Assembly: GCA_028534125.1 (NCBI GenBank)
Contig: CM052816.1
Span: 51,648,001-51,712,000 of the forward strand
DNA from: Lama glama
Lineage: Eukaryota
Reading direction: 5' to 3'
DNA: 64,000 nt
Shown: positions 12,470 to 26,347 of the stretch, in pieces
Numbering within the stretch: position 1 is the stretch's first letter
Layout: each line of letters starts with the position of its first letter
The notes under the pieces: generated by a model
What the model was told of the DNA's origin: nothing
The model's input: only the letters and a program-made list of their open reading frames with translations
Database searches by the model: none
Made by a program: the position numbers and the translations under genes

Positions 12470-14050
12470 TCATTCCAATTAGATAAATATTTGAGCACTA
12501 CTAGGTGCCAGGCACTTTAGCAGTGTGTAGATTATGTTCCATCCTCAAGCTTAGTATCTAGCCAGTGAGGTATGATTAAAAATAAATAGCTGTAATACAG
12601 CAAGGTATTATAACAGAGGTGTAAAGTTCCGTGCTGACCTCAAAGAGAGAGCTATTAAAGTCTGCCTGAGTTGGAACTAAGAGTGGCTTGGGAAAAGTTC
12701 TCCAAGAAAACAAGCAGAGGAGTGATAGTCCAGAAAGTGAGAACAGTACATGCCAAAGCATGGAAGCATCAGAAGGCCCGTGCAGAAGTGTCTGGAGTAA
12801 TACTTACAGACAGCAGAGGGAGGGCAGGCAGGAATTCCTGAAAGTGAAGTTGGAAGATACGCTCTAGCAAACTGAAAAGGGCCTTAGATGCCATGTTAAC
12901 AACTTGGGTCTCTATTCATTAGGCTTGTAGGAGCTGTCAGAGATCTTTAAGAAGGGCAGCGTCCTGAATTCAAACTACAGAGTAGATTTAGTCTTTGTTA
13001 GGCACCTATCATAAAGTTGTATACACAATCCCTGCCCTCAAAAAACTTACATTGTGGTGAATGAGAGAACAGGCAATTAGAATAAAGGAAGAAAATGGCT
13101 ATATTAAAAGAGTAATCTGTGTTTTTAGAGAAAATCAGAAGGCCTACACACCCAACCTTGGAAGGGTCATTGTCAAACCAATATTGGCAGAACAGTAAAT
13201 AAAATCTAAATTGGCACCTATTTGAGTTTGGCAAAGGAGGCAGGGAGAGATGGAAAGAATATTCCAGGAAGAGGGGAAAAAATTTACAAAGGCCCAGAGG
13301 AGAAAGGAGAGACCAAATTTTTTTTAAAAAAAAGAGCTTAATTAGCTAAAGGGAGAATGGCTTCTGATGCAGTTCCAGAGGAACCTTGTAGATCCTTGTA
13401 GGTTAAGAATTTGAACTTGATCTTAGGACAGTAATAAGCTATTGAAGGATTTTAAGCAGGAGAGAGGCATGTTCATACTTGCATTTTCAGAAAAAAATCA
13501 CCCCAGTTATAGTGTGTAGCCAGGATTGCGAAGGGACGGGTTTGAAGGTAGGGAGACTTTATTTAGGAGGCTGATGCAGTAATCCAGGTGAGATTTGATG
13601 ATGGCCTGAACTAAAGTAGTGGCAGTGTGTATGGAGAGATGAACGGGTTTGAGAGGCAATTAAATGTGGGAGGTATGAGTGAAAGAACTCAGGACTAATT
13701 TCCTGGCTTCTAGCTCTGACCTGGCAGGTGGAGGTTTCATTTTCAGAGATAGGGACCACAAAATGAGGAATAGGTTGGAGATGGAACCAATGAGAAGATT
13801 CCTGTGGGACCTCCATTTAGAGATACCCCTTAGGCTAATGAACTTACGGGTTTGAAGCCTAAGACTGTCATGTAGGCTAGAGATGAAAATCACAGAATCA
13901 TCACCATATTAAGGAGCTGAATCCGCAGGGATAGACTAATTGTCCATGGAGAAAGTATATTGTGAGAGAGTAAAGGGGTTGTACATCTGAACTCCAAACA
14001 CACTAATGCTTAAAAGAAAGACAAAGGCATCAGAACCCATTAATGAGAGC
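12470..14050 (-). mobile_element. LINE-2 fragments (antisense)
   Basis: Starts with the reversed L2 tail 'cattcca...aaatatttgagcactactaggtgccaggcact'. Purine-rich body includes 'gctattgaaggattttaagcagg' and 'gcagtaatccaggtgagatttgatgatggcctgaactaa'. Confidence 0.75.
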
Positions 14051-16557
14051 GGCACAGGCTGTCGGTTGGTATTTCAGTAGCTTGAGAGACTTTGTGGATT
14101 TATTCAAGGGCAGTGGCGACAGGACTGGAAGGGAAGAAGCAAAGCATAGTTATGTTTGATAGGCCTTAGTTCATTAACCAGATTAGGGGTAGAACAAATA
14201 GAATTGGAGGGATCAAGGATGATTCTGAAGTTCCTACTTTGGGCCCCTGGAAAATTTTAATGTCTTTATCTGGGTTAGGAAAGATAGGAGACAGAAAAAG
14301 TTTTAGGTATGTTTGAGCTTAGACATGTCATTCCTCGTTATCCAGGGAGACCATTCAGCTCATGCTTTAAATAGCCTTTTCCCTTATTCAGTAGGTGTAA
14401 GTATGGCCGGTTTCCCTAGAAATGCCTCTCTGAAACATTGAAAAGCTCAAGCTATCAAACTGAAAAAAGAAATAGGATGGTATTATCTTTGGTACCTATA
14501 ATGGTGGGATCAGAGTACCCAGGTGTTTCCTAAGTATCTGCTTTGGTTTCCTGTGGTGATTGGGCCGTCTTTCAGCATGATTCTGGCCCCAATGCCTGTT
14601 GTTAATGAAGAGTAGCTGCCTTCTGTGAGTAGAAATAGCAGCAAAACCATCATAATCCAAGTCCAAACACTAGTTTCTAATCCAAATCTGTAGAGATACT
14701 GAGGTCCAAGAATTATCCACAGTATGAAAATAGTTTTGAATACCCATTCTTAGTGAGGAAATGCAAAGCTTACTTGGGAACAGCTAGAATGGGACGAGCA
14801 AGAAAGGATTTAGCCTATTAGAATTTAATAAATCAAAGTAAAAAAAGGAGAATTTGTAATTAGCACCTAAAACTTCACCAGCTTCAACAGTTTTGAGCTC
14901 TTATTTGTGATCATACCATAGAAAGTACATTGGAAACACTCTCCTTTTAGTAGACATGCATACTCCTTTTATTCCTGTTTCCATTGCAGAACAAGCCCCG
15001 TCTTTTTCATTCTAAGTATAGATTTCAATCCATTACCAAGTGGAATTATTACAAACTCTAAATTTGTGAATTCATAACAACTGCATTTGAATAATGGCAA
15101 CTAACTGAAACTCTAAAATAAATAGTTATAATTAACACCCCATACATTTAATAAGTCAATCCTGGATAACAGTCTTTAGATTAGTGTCTATTTGTGGCAG
15201 ACACCAACATTGTTCAAACTGAAACTTGGACACTGTTACTGAAACGAGAGTGCCTCTGTTGTTGAGTAGGAGACCAATTAAGTAAAATTAAGAACAGTTG
15301 GACATGCGAAAGGAGGTGTCAATTTAGTAAATAAAGCCATTTAAAGACACACTTATTTACTTGGAGTCTTTTATCAAATGTGTTATTTGTATGTCAAGCC
15401 CTGTAAATTCTTAAAATGACCAACTGTGGAACTGATGAATGACATTAGAGCAGCTTTCTCAAACGGAGAAGTCTTGCTGCTGGGGTCAGAGGAAAGAGTA
15501 GAAGTGACCATTGATCTAACTAGAGTTTGGCAGTTTTAATAGAAGAGAATACAGTATTGTGGGGGTGGTGTGGGTACACAGAGCCCTCAGAACTCAGTCT
15601 ATACTCTGACTCTCCTGTCCCTGGCTAGCGTCTTCCTCAAAGTTTCACTGTATGCAAAGAAATGTGAATTATGTGTGAAAAACATCAATCTGCTATATAT
15701 TCATTCTCACAGCATTCTTACCAACAGTCAGAGAAAGTTTGATTCCTGCAGTTTTATTGACTAGGCAGCAGTATTCCTTGAACCAATTAGATTTTCTTCA
15801 CACTTACATATAATAGTCAAAATAGTTTACTAAAGTGCATAAAACAAAGTTCTTATTCATTTATGTTTTTAAAAAATTAGACTTAACTATTACCTTGAGA
15901 AGTTTTATTTTATAGATTCAAGTAAGTAACAAGAAAGCTTCTCTTGTGGACTTATTGTAACTTATACTACATCACAACAATGGGCATTCATCTCAACCAA
16001 AAAAAAAATTGAAGGGAATGAAAACTTTTTTCCTCCTTTCTGTTCTTTACCAAAGAAAACTTATAAGAAGAAAACTATCTTGTTTTTATCACTTTAACTA
16101 AATACATCAGTAACTTTTACATAAAAATACAGTGTAAGCCTTTAATAGGTGCTAATGTAGATATCTTTGAGTGTATAACTAATGTAGGACATACCTGTAA
16201 ATACCCAATTTTGATTCTGTGTAGCCTTTTGTTCATTTTTACTCTGTATTATATTTTGTTTTGATTTTTGTTTTGATACATTTGCTGTATTCTTAGTCAC
16301 TGGATCTTTAGTTTACTGAGAACTGTTGAAAACTAATAATATATTGATGTCAGGTTGTAAATTTCAGGCTTTGACATGAGTAAGATTATAAATACTTGTT
16401 GAAGATAAGGTATACCAAGTAATTTAGTTTCAGAGTAAGGTGGCTATCCATGTTTTAAAATCTGACTTGATCGAAATCTGATATGGTAGAAAATATGTTG
16501 TAGTGGGTTTGTAAGTCAATTCTGTTTACAGGCGGAATGTTAGCAATGGTAAAGCGC

Positions 16558-16577
16558 CCTCGCCATCTAGTGGTGGT
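16558..16577 (-). promoter_or_regulatory. CTCF-like binding motif
   Basis: Plus strand cctcgccatctagtggtggt = minus strand ACCACCACTAGATGGCGAGG, matching the CTCF core CCACYAGRKGGC. It sits in a small CpG-retaining patch. Confidence 0.65.
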
Positions 16578-18274
16578 TTGTAGATGTCTCCTGTTCGGGT
16601 GTGTTTTTCAGAGGTTCTATTTTTAGCAAGACTGCACTCCAGCAGGCTGACCTAATGCTTTGACATAGTAATAACGCAGTAAGAAGAACAAAAAAATACA
16701 AAGAAATCTCCCCTTTTCTCCATGATGTTGTTACTGACTAGAAAAAGTTCAATACAAATGACATTCATAAAGCACCAAAGACAAAAACAAAACTCGGGGT
16801 AATACATGTTCTTGATAGTCTAAACGAAGAATGAAAAATAAGGAAAATGATTATTTAATCTAACACTTGAAACTGAACAGGAAAAACAAGGAATATTGTT
16901 CTAAGCCCTGGTTAAATGTTTCTGGAGGTAGATATTTATTTAACTTATTTCTGGACTTAAGTCCTGCCTATTGAAGATACTTCATAGCTGAGCATCTTCA
17001 TCAGCTCTGCTCTTCCTATTCAGACTTTCAGAATATAACCATTTTATTGTCAGTAGCGCCTGTTTTACCCTACGATTTATACATACAGTGAGTCTGCATG
17101 CCTTCTCAGTTCCCTTCTGTCGTTAATCTTTATGTTGTCTTTTCTACCAGTGGTTTGCCTTTCCTCCTCTCCCTCCTGATCATGGCTGTCTCAGGACTTA
17201 GTCTTAGGAAATACTGTAAACCAGGACAGACTCCTTTCCTCTCTCCCCAGGAGTTGTAGATACCATTTTTGATCTTAGATTATAAACCAAAAGATCAGTA
17301 AGTATCATTTCTTAGTTTGAATAAGTAGAATACTGAATATCTCAAGTAGAACTGACTTACTGAACTATAACATCTAACATTATCAATATGTATTTTTTAA
17401 AAATTCACACTTTAAAAATAGTATTTCTTACAATTAAAACACCCAGATTTGGAGAGTAGAGGTGGGGAAGGTGGCTTATGAATCACAATTCAAGAAAAAA
17501 AAATTAAGTTTAATTTTCTTAAAAATGTATTTTGAATTTTTAAGGAACAGATTCTAAATATCAAGAACAGAACGAGTCTTTCTCTAGTAAAAAGATAAAA
17601 GCAGCCTAAAAAATTAAAGGTGCCTGACAGCTGCCAGCTTTGATAATGCTTTCCTGCAGTTGTGGTAATAGTTTTTCTGGCCTCAACTATTAGAACAAAT
17701 TAAAACTTCTCAGCTTGAGTAACTAAGTAGGCTTTTTTTTTAAATTGTAGTTTCTAATAACTAAAGCCCCTACAGCAGTGACTAGATGGACAGAGAGAGC
17801 AAAGAAGAGAATGTTAAGGGTTCAGAGTCTTTACTTGGGTTTTGCACTTAGAATGGAATGAAATTATTTCCCATTAGAAACCTTACTTTTTCTGTTTGTT
17901 TATCAAAATGAGTATTTACGAAAAAATTAACTTGGGCAGCCTAAACCAATATCTTGTTATTGAAAATTCTTCCCAGAATGCTTCCATTTTTATTATAGGT
18001 CCTTGGGAAACAAAAAATTGCAAATATCCAGAGGCAATTTATAATACAATTTTAGTTTTTTATTTAAATGTTGGTTACAGAAACAAAAATGATCACCATT
18101 CTTTGGGGAATTAGATAAGGAATGGATTATTAAATATAAATCAAATATTAAATATATTGTAAATTCCCTATATGGGTAGAATAGATTTGTCTTAAGTATA
18201 CATTAGGATACCTTCAACTTTTAAAAAAAAATAGCTTATCACTAGATAGTGTTCTGGAATAATTTATCTTATAT

Positions 18275-18471
18275 CAGAGGTCAATGAACTCTTTCTGTAA
18301 AAAGCCAGATAGTAAATATTTCAGAATTCGAAGGCTTTGAAGTCCCACTAAACACTTATTGTAGTATAAATCAGCCATAGACACTATGTAGACAAATGGC
18401 ACAGTTCTTCTTATTTACAAAAATAAGTGATGGGCCACATGTAGCCCAGAAGCCGTAATTTGCCTACTCCT
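18275..18471. mobile_element. MER58A-like hAT-Charlie MITE
   Basis: 'cagaggtc...tttctgtaaaaagccagatagtaaatattt...cagccatagaca...ttatttacaaaa...gccgtaatttgcctactcc'. Opposite orientation to the copy at 29833. Confidence 0.8.
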
Positions 18472-18569
18472 TTTCCTTATGAATCGGTCACCACTAGATA
18501 GCCTCCAAGAAATCCAAAGGGTAAGGACTAAGACTAATGTTTCTCCAAGTGTTTTCTGTGTACTACCTG

Positions 18570-18700
18570 ACAAGAGAGTCCTGGGAGTCACTCCACTCCT
18601 AGTACATCAGAATTTGTGGGGTTGGGACCATGGGGCTGGAAATCTTTTGTGTTTTTGTTGTTTGTTAATTTACAAGCTAGTATCTGAGAACCACTGGTTA
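18570..18700. mobile_element. MER5-like hAT fragment
   Basis: 'atcagaatttgtggggttgggacc...aatct...tgagaaccactgg' resembles MER5A. Confidence 0.5.
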
Positions 18701-18714
18701 TGATTGCTGATGAC

Positions 18715-19760
18715 ATTCAGCAACAGATATTTATTGCCCTGTCCCTGACCACTCATGCTAGAGTTACCACAGTAAACAAGCTAAGTAGAAATCCTTGTCC
18801 CCATAGGACTTTTTTAACAGGGTTGTTCTGGCTGTGTCGAGATTATAGTCTATTGGAGGAGAGTGTGGAAACAGGGAGATCATTTTGGATGTCATTGCAA
18901 AATTTTGACAAGAGATTATCATGGCCTGGACAAAGCTGGTAACTGGTGAGAAGTGGCTGGTTTCTAGATATATTTTGAAGTTAGAACCAATGGATTTTGG
19001 TGATGGTTTGGATATGTGTTATGAGAGAAAAAGACAAATCAAGGGTGACTGCAAGGCTTTGGGCCTTTTGAGCTGGAAGAATGGAGCTGACATTTATCTG
19101 TGAATGTAGGTAAAACTTAAAAGAGGCTATCTGAGGTGAATATCAGAAGTTTAATTTTGAGCTTGTTAAGATTAAGATGCCTATTAGATATTCAGCAGAT
19201 GTCAAGTAAGGAGCAAGGTATCAGAGCTGGAATTTCATGGTTGGGGCTTAGGCTAGAGTTATTTGGGAGTTATTAGCATATGGATAATATTTAAAGCTGT
19301 GAGCCTGATGACATCACCAAGAGAATGAGTAGAGAGAGAGAGACAAGAAGCTCTGCAGATCCCAGGGCTGTGATGTTGAAAAGTCAAGAATATGAGGAGG
19401 AACCAACAAGAAGAATGGGAAGGAGCAGCACAGGAGTCAGGAAGAAAAGCAGGCAGTGTGGTACCCTGGAAGCAAAGGAAGAAAATGTTTCAAGGAAGCC
19501 AGGAATGATCAGCTGTGTCAGATGCTGCTCATAGTTCAAATTATTTGAGGACTGACAACTGACCATTGGATTTCAGAAGGTGGTAATTGGTGACCTTGAC
19601 AAGATCAGTTTCAGTGGAGTGATGGAGGTGACAGCCTCATAAAAGTGGATTCAGGATAAACTGGGAAGAGAAATTGGAAGCAACGAGTATGTCCAACTCT
19701 TTCAAAGAGTTTTGTTCTAAAGGGAAAGTGAGAGATGAGGCAGTAGCTGGAGGGAGAAGT
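18715..19760 (-). mobile_element. LINE-2 (antisense), relatively long fragment
   Basis: 'cattcagcaacagatatttattg' reversed tail, plus 'gatatattttgaagttagaaccaatggattt' and 'ggtgaccttgacaagatcagtttcagtggagtgatgg'. Confidence 0.8.
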
Positions 19761-22405
19761 GGGGGAGATCAAAGAAATGCTGCTGGGAAGGAAGTGTTGG
19801 CTAGTATAAACTGTTCATCCCTGCCAAGGGACAGAGAAAACAGCTCTGCTGGTAACTGGAAACAGAGTGTAGGCTTTTGCCAGGTACCATCTATTATACC
19901 CAGCAGTCAGGTATAATCTTGACTGTAAGATATACTACCAGAAAATAGAGTAATCAGATATTCTTTATACACAGTAGGTTGCTTATCAAGAAAGAGTAAA
20001 ATAGAATTACTTACTTAGAATGCCTGCAAATGTGACTACTGCCTATTTTCTGTCATTTTTATACTCTGTAAATGATCTGACATTACAAATACCTTTGATA
20101 TCAGTAATAATTTTTCCACTCAAATTTGTCTTACCAGTTTTATTCTGTACATTTATTCTGTATCTAAGACACGTGATTCAAAAATGCATATTTTAAATTG
20201 GAGATGGAGAGAAACAACTTCACTTTGTGCAATTTGAATTCTCTCATCTTGCTTATTTTTATACTTTTTAGCATTAGTCAGATTAGTAAGCTCTATTTTC
20301 AAAACAGACTATTCTCTGTTCAGTAGAAAAGATTATTCTTTCTAGTTCAGACATGAGTTGAGTAATTTTAAATAGACTTCATGTTTGCAGGTAAGTGAAC
20401 CAAGTGAAAGTGAAGCATGTCATTTTATTTCTTAAGAAAGTAAAAATATATATAATCTGTCACCTGTATCAGAGACCAAGCCCATAGGCAAGTTTCTTTA
20501 ACCAGTGTTACCGCTGCCTGTGAATCTGAAAAGACTACAGCTTAATCAGTAGAACCCTCCTTAGCATATCAGGATATCAGAAGGGTAAGGACAAAGCAGC
20601 CTTTTTTTTTTTGCCTGTGGTACATTTAGGTAAATTAAAGTGCTTGTCTCCCACTCTCTCATCTGGAAGAAATTTACATGGAAGTTTGAATAGAAAATAG
20701 GGAAAGGGGGAAGAGGGGACTGCTTTTACCATTCTTCAATGAAAAATTAGGAGTAGTTTTTTAAAAAATTACTGTTTTTGCTTCTCTTTTGATTTAGTCA
20801 TCCTGACACTATCCTGAATTATAAATCTCACAGATTTATTTTCATACCCATAGTGTTACTTTTTAATGCTCTAGGAATGTGGGTTGATCTGTCCTTGTGA
20901 CTTCAGTCAGCGGTGGGAGGCAGCAAGGAGCCAGATTCAGCTTATGTAGGACTCCAGCTGCTTGTCTCAGACACACACACACACAAAAGTGTCTATTTAT
21001 GAATATAAATTGACCTAAAACAAATTATTAAAGTTTTTTTAATAGAATTTTATTCAAACTTCTGCAGTTTTATTAGACCAGAAGGCAGCATAGTCCTCGT
21101 TCACAATCCACAAGTCCACAGCCACAGACCTGTAGCTGATACATGGTAACGAAGACTTGAGAAACAGTCTCATGTTCTTGAAAAGGCTCATAATGTAAGT
21201 GAGCAGTTTTGATGCTTAGACTAAATCCCTATCAAAAGAATAGCCTGCTTATAACTCTGTGCTGAATTGGATTAGGCTTGCCAAAATAACATCTAGGAAA
21301 CTGGATCTGTTCATACTTCACAGTTATTTTATATGCGTTATTTTAATTAAGTGTTGTTGATGATAGAATATCTAAGATGTATGGAAGATAAACTACCTAT
21401 TTATGCTTAGCAGCAGAATATGCTAGCACAAGTATGTCATTTTGTGAGCTAAATTAGTTTAATACTAGTTGGAATTAAAATGTGTTAATCAAGAGTGTCT
21501 TATCCACTGGGGTGTCAGTAATGTCTGATGGAGATTTTCATGAAAAACAGAAAAGAAACTGAACAAATTAAGATATATGAATTGTAAAGTAACTTTGACG
21601 AAATTCATTTGATGTATAATTTATGCTTCATTACTCTTCTACAGAAAACTCATGAAGCATCTCATAGAATTATAAAAGTACAAACATGTGAACAGTTTTA
21701 CTCTATGAACGATGGCTGAAATGAAATGTATAAGCCACAAACTCATACTTTTTTCAAAATAATATTCTCAATATTATTTATTATTGATAGCATATGACGT
21801 CACTTAACATAATCAAGAAAAAAAGATTTACTTCTAAGTGAATTTTTCAATAGCAAAATAAAGAACAGAAATCTATATTGGAAAATCATATAAAGAGAAC
21901 TGAACTAACTAAAAAAATACACAGAATGAATAAAAAAATAATGTTTAGTTTTTAAAAGAATGTTTATGCTTTGGGTAAAATCTCATAGTGAACGTATTTT
22001 TATTACCTTTTCAGGACTGTAAATAAGTCATTATAACCTTCCATATTTATCATTTTAAAAAAATATTTGGGGAATTTCTCCCTTGAAACTTTGTAGAATA
22101 ATTTTTATATCACAGAACTGTATATTATTACCTGTGTCTACTTAGTACATGAAAAATATCAGAAGATTAAATCTGTCTAAAGCCATATTTTCACAGAACC
22201 AAGTAAGCTAGATATTTGATCTTTATATAATTAATATAATTACTGAAGAAACCCATATTTTTCCTGGCTATGTATCACTTTGTACCTTGTGTTTTTGCCT
22301 AAATGTTGATGGAAGCAAATCACTTTTTACCAAATTTCTTACAAATTTTTAGACTAGAGATAGCTATGTACTAAAGACAATATAATGTTAAGAAAGAAGA
22401 ATGTT

Positions 22406-22799
22406 CTAAGTGAAGTAAGCCAGAAAGAGAAAGAAAAATAACAGATATCACTCATATGTGGAATCTAGAAAAGAAAAAAAGGGGACACTAATGAACTCAT
22501 CTACAAAACAGAAGCAGATTCGCAGACACAGTAAACAGTCTTATGGTTACCAGGGGAAAGAGGGTAGGAAGGGATACATTTGGGAGTCTGAGATTTGCAA
22601 ATGTTAACAACTATATAAAAACAGGTAAAACATTTCTTCTGTATAGCACAGGGAACTATACTCAATATCTTGTAATAACCTTTAATGAAAAGGTATGTGA
22701 AAACAAATATATGTATGTATATGCATGACTGGGACATTATGCTGTACACCAGAAACTGACACATTGTAACTGACTATACTTCAGTTTTTTTTTTTTTTA
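22406..22799 (+). mobile_element. 5'-truncated LINE-1 (ORF2 end + 3' UTR), same subfamily as 1-686, with TSD
   Basis: Colinear with 308-655 ('ctaagtgaa..aagccagaaag', 'tatagcacagggaactata', 'tacaccagaaa.tgacacattgtaa'). TSD aaagaagaatgtt (22393-22405) / aaaggagaatgtt (22800-22812), 12/13 identical. Confidence 0.9.
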
Positions 22800-25700
22800 A
22801 AAGGAGAATGTTTAATACTCACACCCAAATGCTGAGCCTCTTCTTAATGGAAAGAAAACATGTAAGCTAAAACGTGTTTCTGAGACCCGAGGATTACAGC
22901 TCTGTGAATGTATTTCAGTCTAGAAACACTAGGGTCTCACGTGTACACCCGGTACAACATGAGACAGACAGCTGAGGTGCCCTGTATGGAGCTGGCAGTT
23001 CTCATGGCTGGCCTCTGCTTCACAAAAGATCAGTGAGTTACCAGACTTTTTTTTTTTTTTTTTTGCCAAATTGTACATAAATTAACCTGACATGCTTCTC
23101 ACCAAAGAATGGTTACTGAATACTGCTTCTCTGTAAAACTGCCTAAGAATCATTATTTTCAACCTTGACATCTCAGAAATAGTAAGAGAAACCTGAAAGC
23201 AATAGGAGACAGTGAAAGATCTTATTCATCTAAATCGTAAATTCTTTTATATGTTGTTGAAATGGATATTGTCATTATAACTCAGTATCGTCCTGGGATC
23301 GCCAACACTTTGTTCCTTACCTACTCTTACTAGGTCCTTTAAAAAGATATAATTTATCTTATATAAGCAAGCTGAATTTTCACCTCTACACATATAAGCA
23401 TTTTCTCACTGGACAACCGGATATACTAGGCCAATACTGCACCTTACTCTTTGCAATATCAGTAAACACTACCTGTTTTTAACAGGACACATAAATTGGC
23501 CGGGTGAGATTTTATATAAGGAAACCAAACTTTACTACATCTTTTCTGATTTTTAGAGTCTTTCGTTAGTGTTGTGCATTCACTCAGATCCAGCTATGGA
23601 ACCAACCAAATAGTTACTGAATGCCACTCTGTACACTCTTAGAATGTGCTAACTGCTCCCTTGCCTTCCCCCTGAACCTCATTATAAGTTACCACATTCT
23701 AAGGAACAGTTGGATTATAATAATGCTCTTCTAATGATACTACATCCATGTACCACCATTCCTCACCCATCTTGTGTTCCCTTTAAGCACCTGACTTAAA
23801 AACAAGTAAATGGACTAAAGATGACATATATTATCAAAACTCTACCAAAAGTATTGGAGAAGAGAGAGAGAGCTTACTACATTTATTTTATTTCCGCTTT
23901 CCAATTCCTTTTAGTCCTGGGGCATCAAGAGCACATGCTAATTAGTGCTTTATATGCAGATTAACTTGCTTACCTGAAATACCACTGCCTTTTCAGCTTT
24001 TCAGGGTTGAGTGGTAGCAGGGGTAAAGAATTTTGCATTAAGTGAATGGTTGCAGAGTTGCTGGGGGGCATAGGAGGAAGTGCCAAGGCAGGCAACTTGT
24101 TTCTGGTCAGTTGGACATAAAAATGAAGTATGTGTACCTGCCTTTATTCTATAAATATATTACTGTAGTAGGATGTTATAGGTAAGAAACTAAAATGTAA
24201 GAAAACTAAAATGACAGTTAAGAAATTTGGTCTTTTTCTTTTACATAAAATAAGGAGGTTGACCTAGTTAACTCTTAAAAACTTCTTGCTGTAAAATGTG
24301 TCAAAAAGGCATATTCAGATAAAATTCTGTCAGTCAGATTTTATTATGACTGTACAATGCAGAACTTGTAAAACTTCAGTTGGATAGTTTTGTGAAGAAG
24401 TCATTTTTTTAAGCATGTTCATTTTTTAGATTGTTTTCTAAGTTCATATTTTCTTAAACTTGATAATTGTGTACTTCTTTGTAACTTAAAGATATTTTTT
24501 CAAAATTATAAGCAAATTTCACATGAATAATTTTGTCCTGAAAAAAGTTCAGTTACTTTAAATTAGGTAAATCTTATATAATTGTATATTGTAGAACATA
24601 CCTCAGACTTCTAAATTTTCAGAAGCATAAACTGACCTAAATGTTACATTTGTTCATTTTAAAGAAGTTAGTATCATTCTTCTTTTCACCATTGACGTGT
24701 TCTAAGTCATGCTCATAAAATAAAATGTACTATATAGAAAATGCTTGTGTATAAAATTGGCATTTTAAAGAAGCTTTTATTTTTTAATGATTTTAAATTT
24801 TCTTTATTATCAATTTGTTCTTAAAGATCAGGATTTAAAGAGTTTCTAAAGCCATGTTGAAGTATTTTTAAAAAGATATAAGGTGATTTATACACTGCTA
24901 AAGCAATTTTTAGGATTCTTAGAAATACCAGTTTTATCTTATGGATGGATTACCTTGACATTAAGATAGCTACTTGCTCCTATATGGTCTTGTGTTCTTC
25001 CTTCTGAAGTGGGTTTCCTTCCTATCAAGGCACACGTTACACTGCAGTGTGCTGATTTCTCTGTGATAATAATGTAAACAAGTGCCCAGGTAGTGGAGGG
25101 AAGGAGCCTGTAGAGATTCCTTAAAGAGGAAGTAACAATTAAACTGTCCCTTGGAGGATTAGTAGAAATTTCCTTGGCAGAGAAAGGGGAGTTCAGAATA
25201 ATCTCAAGAAATATTCTGGTATTGATAAGTTATATTTATGTTTTCTAGCAACTAGTTAAAATGTTAGAAAATATTAACAAAGTTAGCATTTGAGCAGTGT
25301 GTCATTTATGATGTACACTTTAATCACATATATATAAAGTTAGGGCTTAAAATAGTTCGTATCACCTGTAATTACAGGATAAATTATTTACAAAACAGTT
25401 CCATTGTTCAGTGGGGAGGGGGTCTGGGATCTTCAGAGAAGGAAAGATGGGGAAGAACTGGTCCCTTCTAATTCTTAGGGAATTGAGGTAAAGCACTAAG
25501 GGTTTATGAAGATCAAAGAACAGGGAGACTGCTACTTTCCACTAGCAGAAATGGCAAAGAATAAAGGAAAATATCTCTTAGGAAAGCAGAAGTTTAAAAT
25601 TTCATAAATAATTCTTGATATAATGGAAAATAATAATCTTTTAAAATTGAATGCTGTTCATTCTGAAGTAACTTACGATTCTAAATGGTATGATCTCTTC

Positions 25701-26219
25701 TCTAAAAGACTACTTGGAGGAAATGAGCTGGACGTTTGGTTTATATTTCTATTAGAGATTTTTTTCCTTTCATTTAGTCATCAAATATTTATTGATTTTC
25801 TGGCTTTGTATATACATATTTTTTTTACTTTGGGTTATCCCATTCATTCTCAGTAGGTAACTGAAACATGTAGAAATGAGAATTTATGCCTATAAATGTA
25901 TTGCCACATGTCTGAGTACTGACTGTGCTGTTCAGTTCATCTCAGATATTATAAAGAACATTTTAGTCCACGAATTTTGCCTAATTTGGAAAACTTTATA
26001 AAATGCATAGCCTTGATTTTTCAGTCATTCATAGCACTACATGTTCTCTCAAGTCGGGATGATGTAATATGACTTCTAAGGGAAGGCACCAGATTGAAAT
26101 ATTATTTTCTTTGGGTTTTCATTGGTACTTGCCATTTGGTGAAGAGAACATTCTATTTCTTTCAGATCAGTGGACTGTAGAAAATATTTTTCCAGAAAAT
26201 TGTTTCTCATATTAATTAC

Positions 26220-26347
26220 AAGACTGTGAACCTTGAAAATTCCTAAGCACAGGGCAGTGATCTTTATCTGCTTTGTTCACTATATGTCCAACCACCTAGA
26301 ACAGTGCCTTTGTCGGTGTTAAATAAATATGTGTTGAATGAATGAAT
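26220..26347 (+). mobile_element. LINE-2 3' terminus
   Basis: 'tttgttcactatatgtccaaccacctagaacagtgcc...aataaatatgtgttgaatgaatgaat' is the canonical L2 3' end. Confidence 0.8.
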
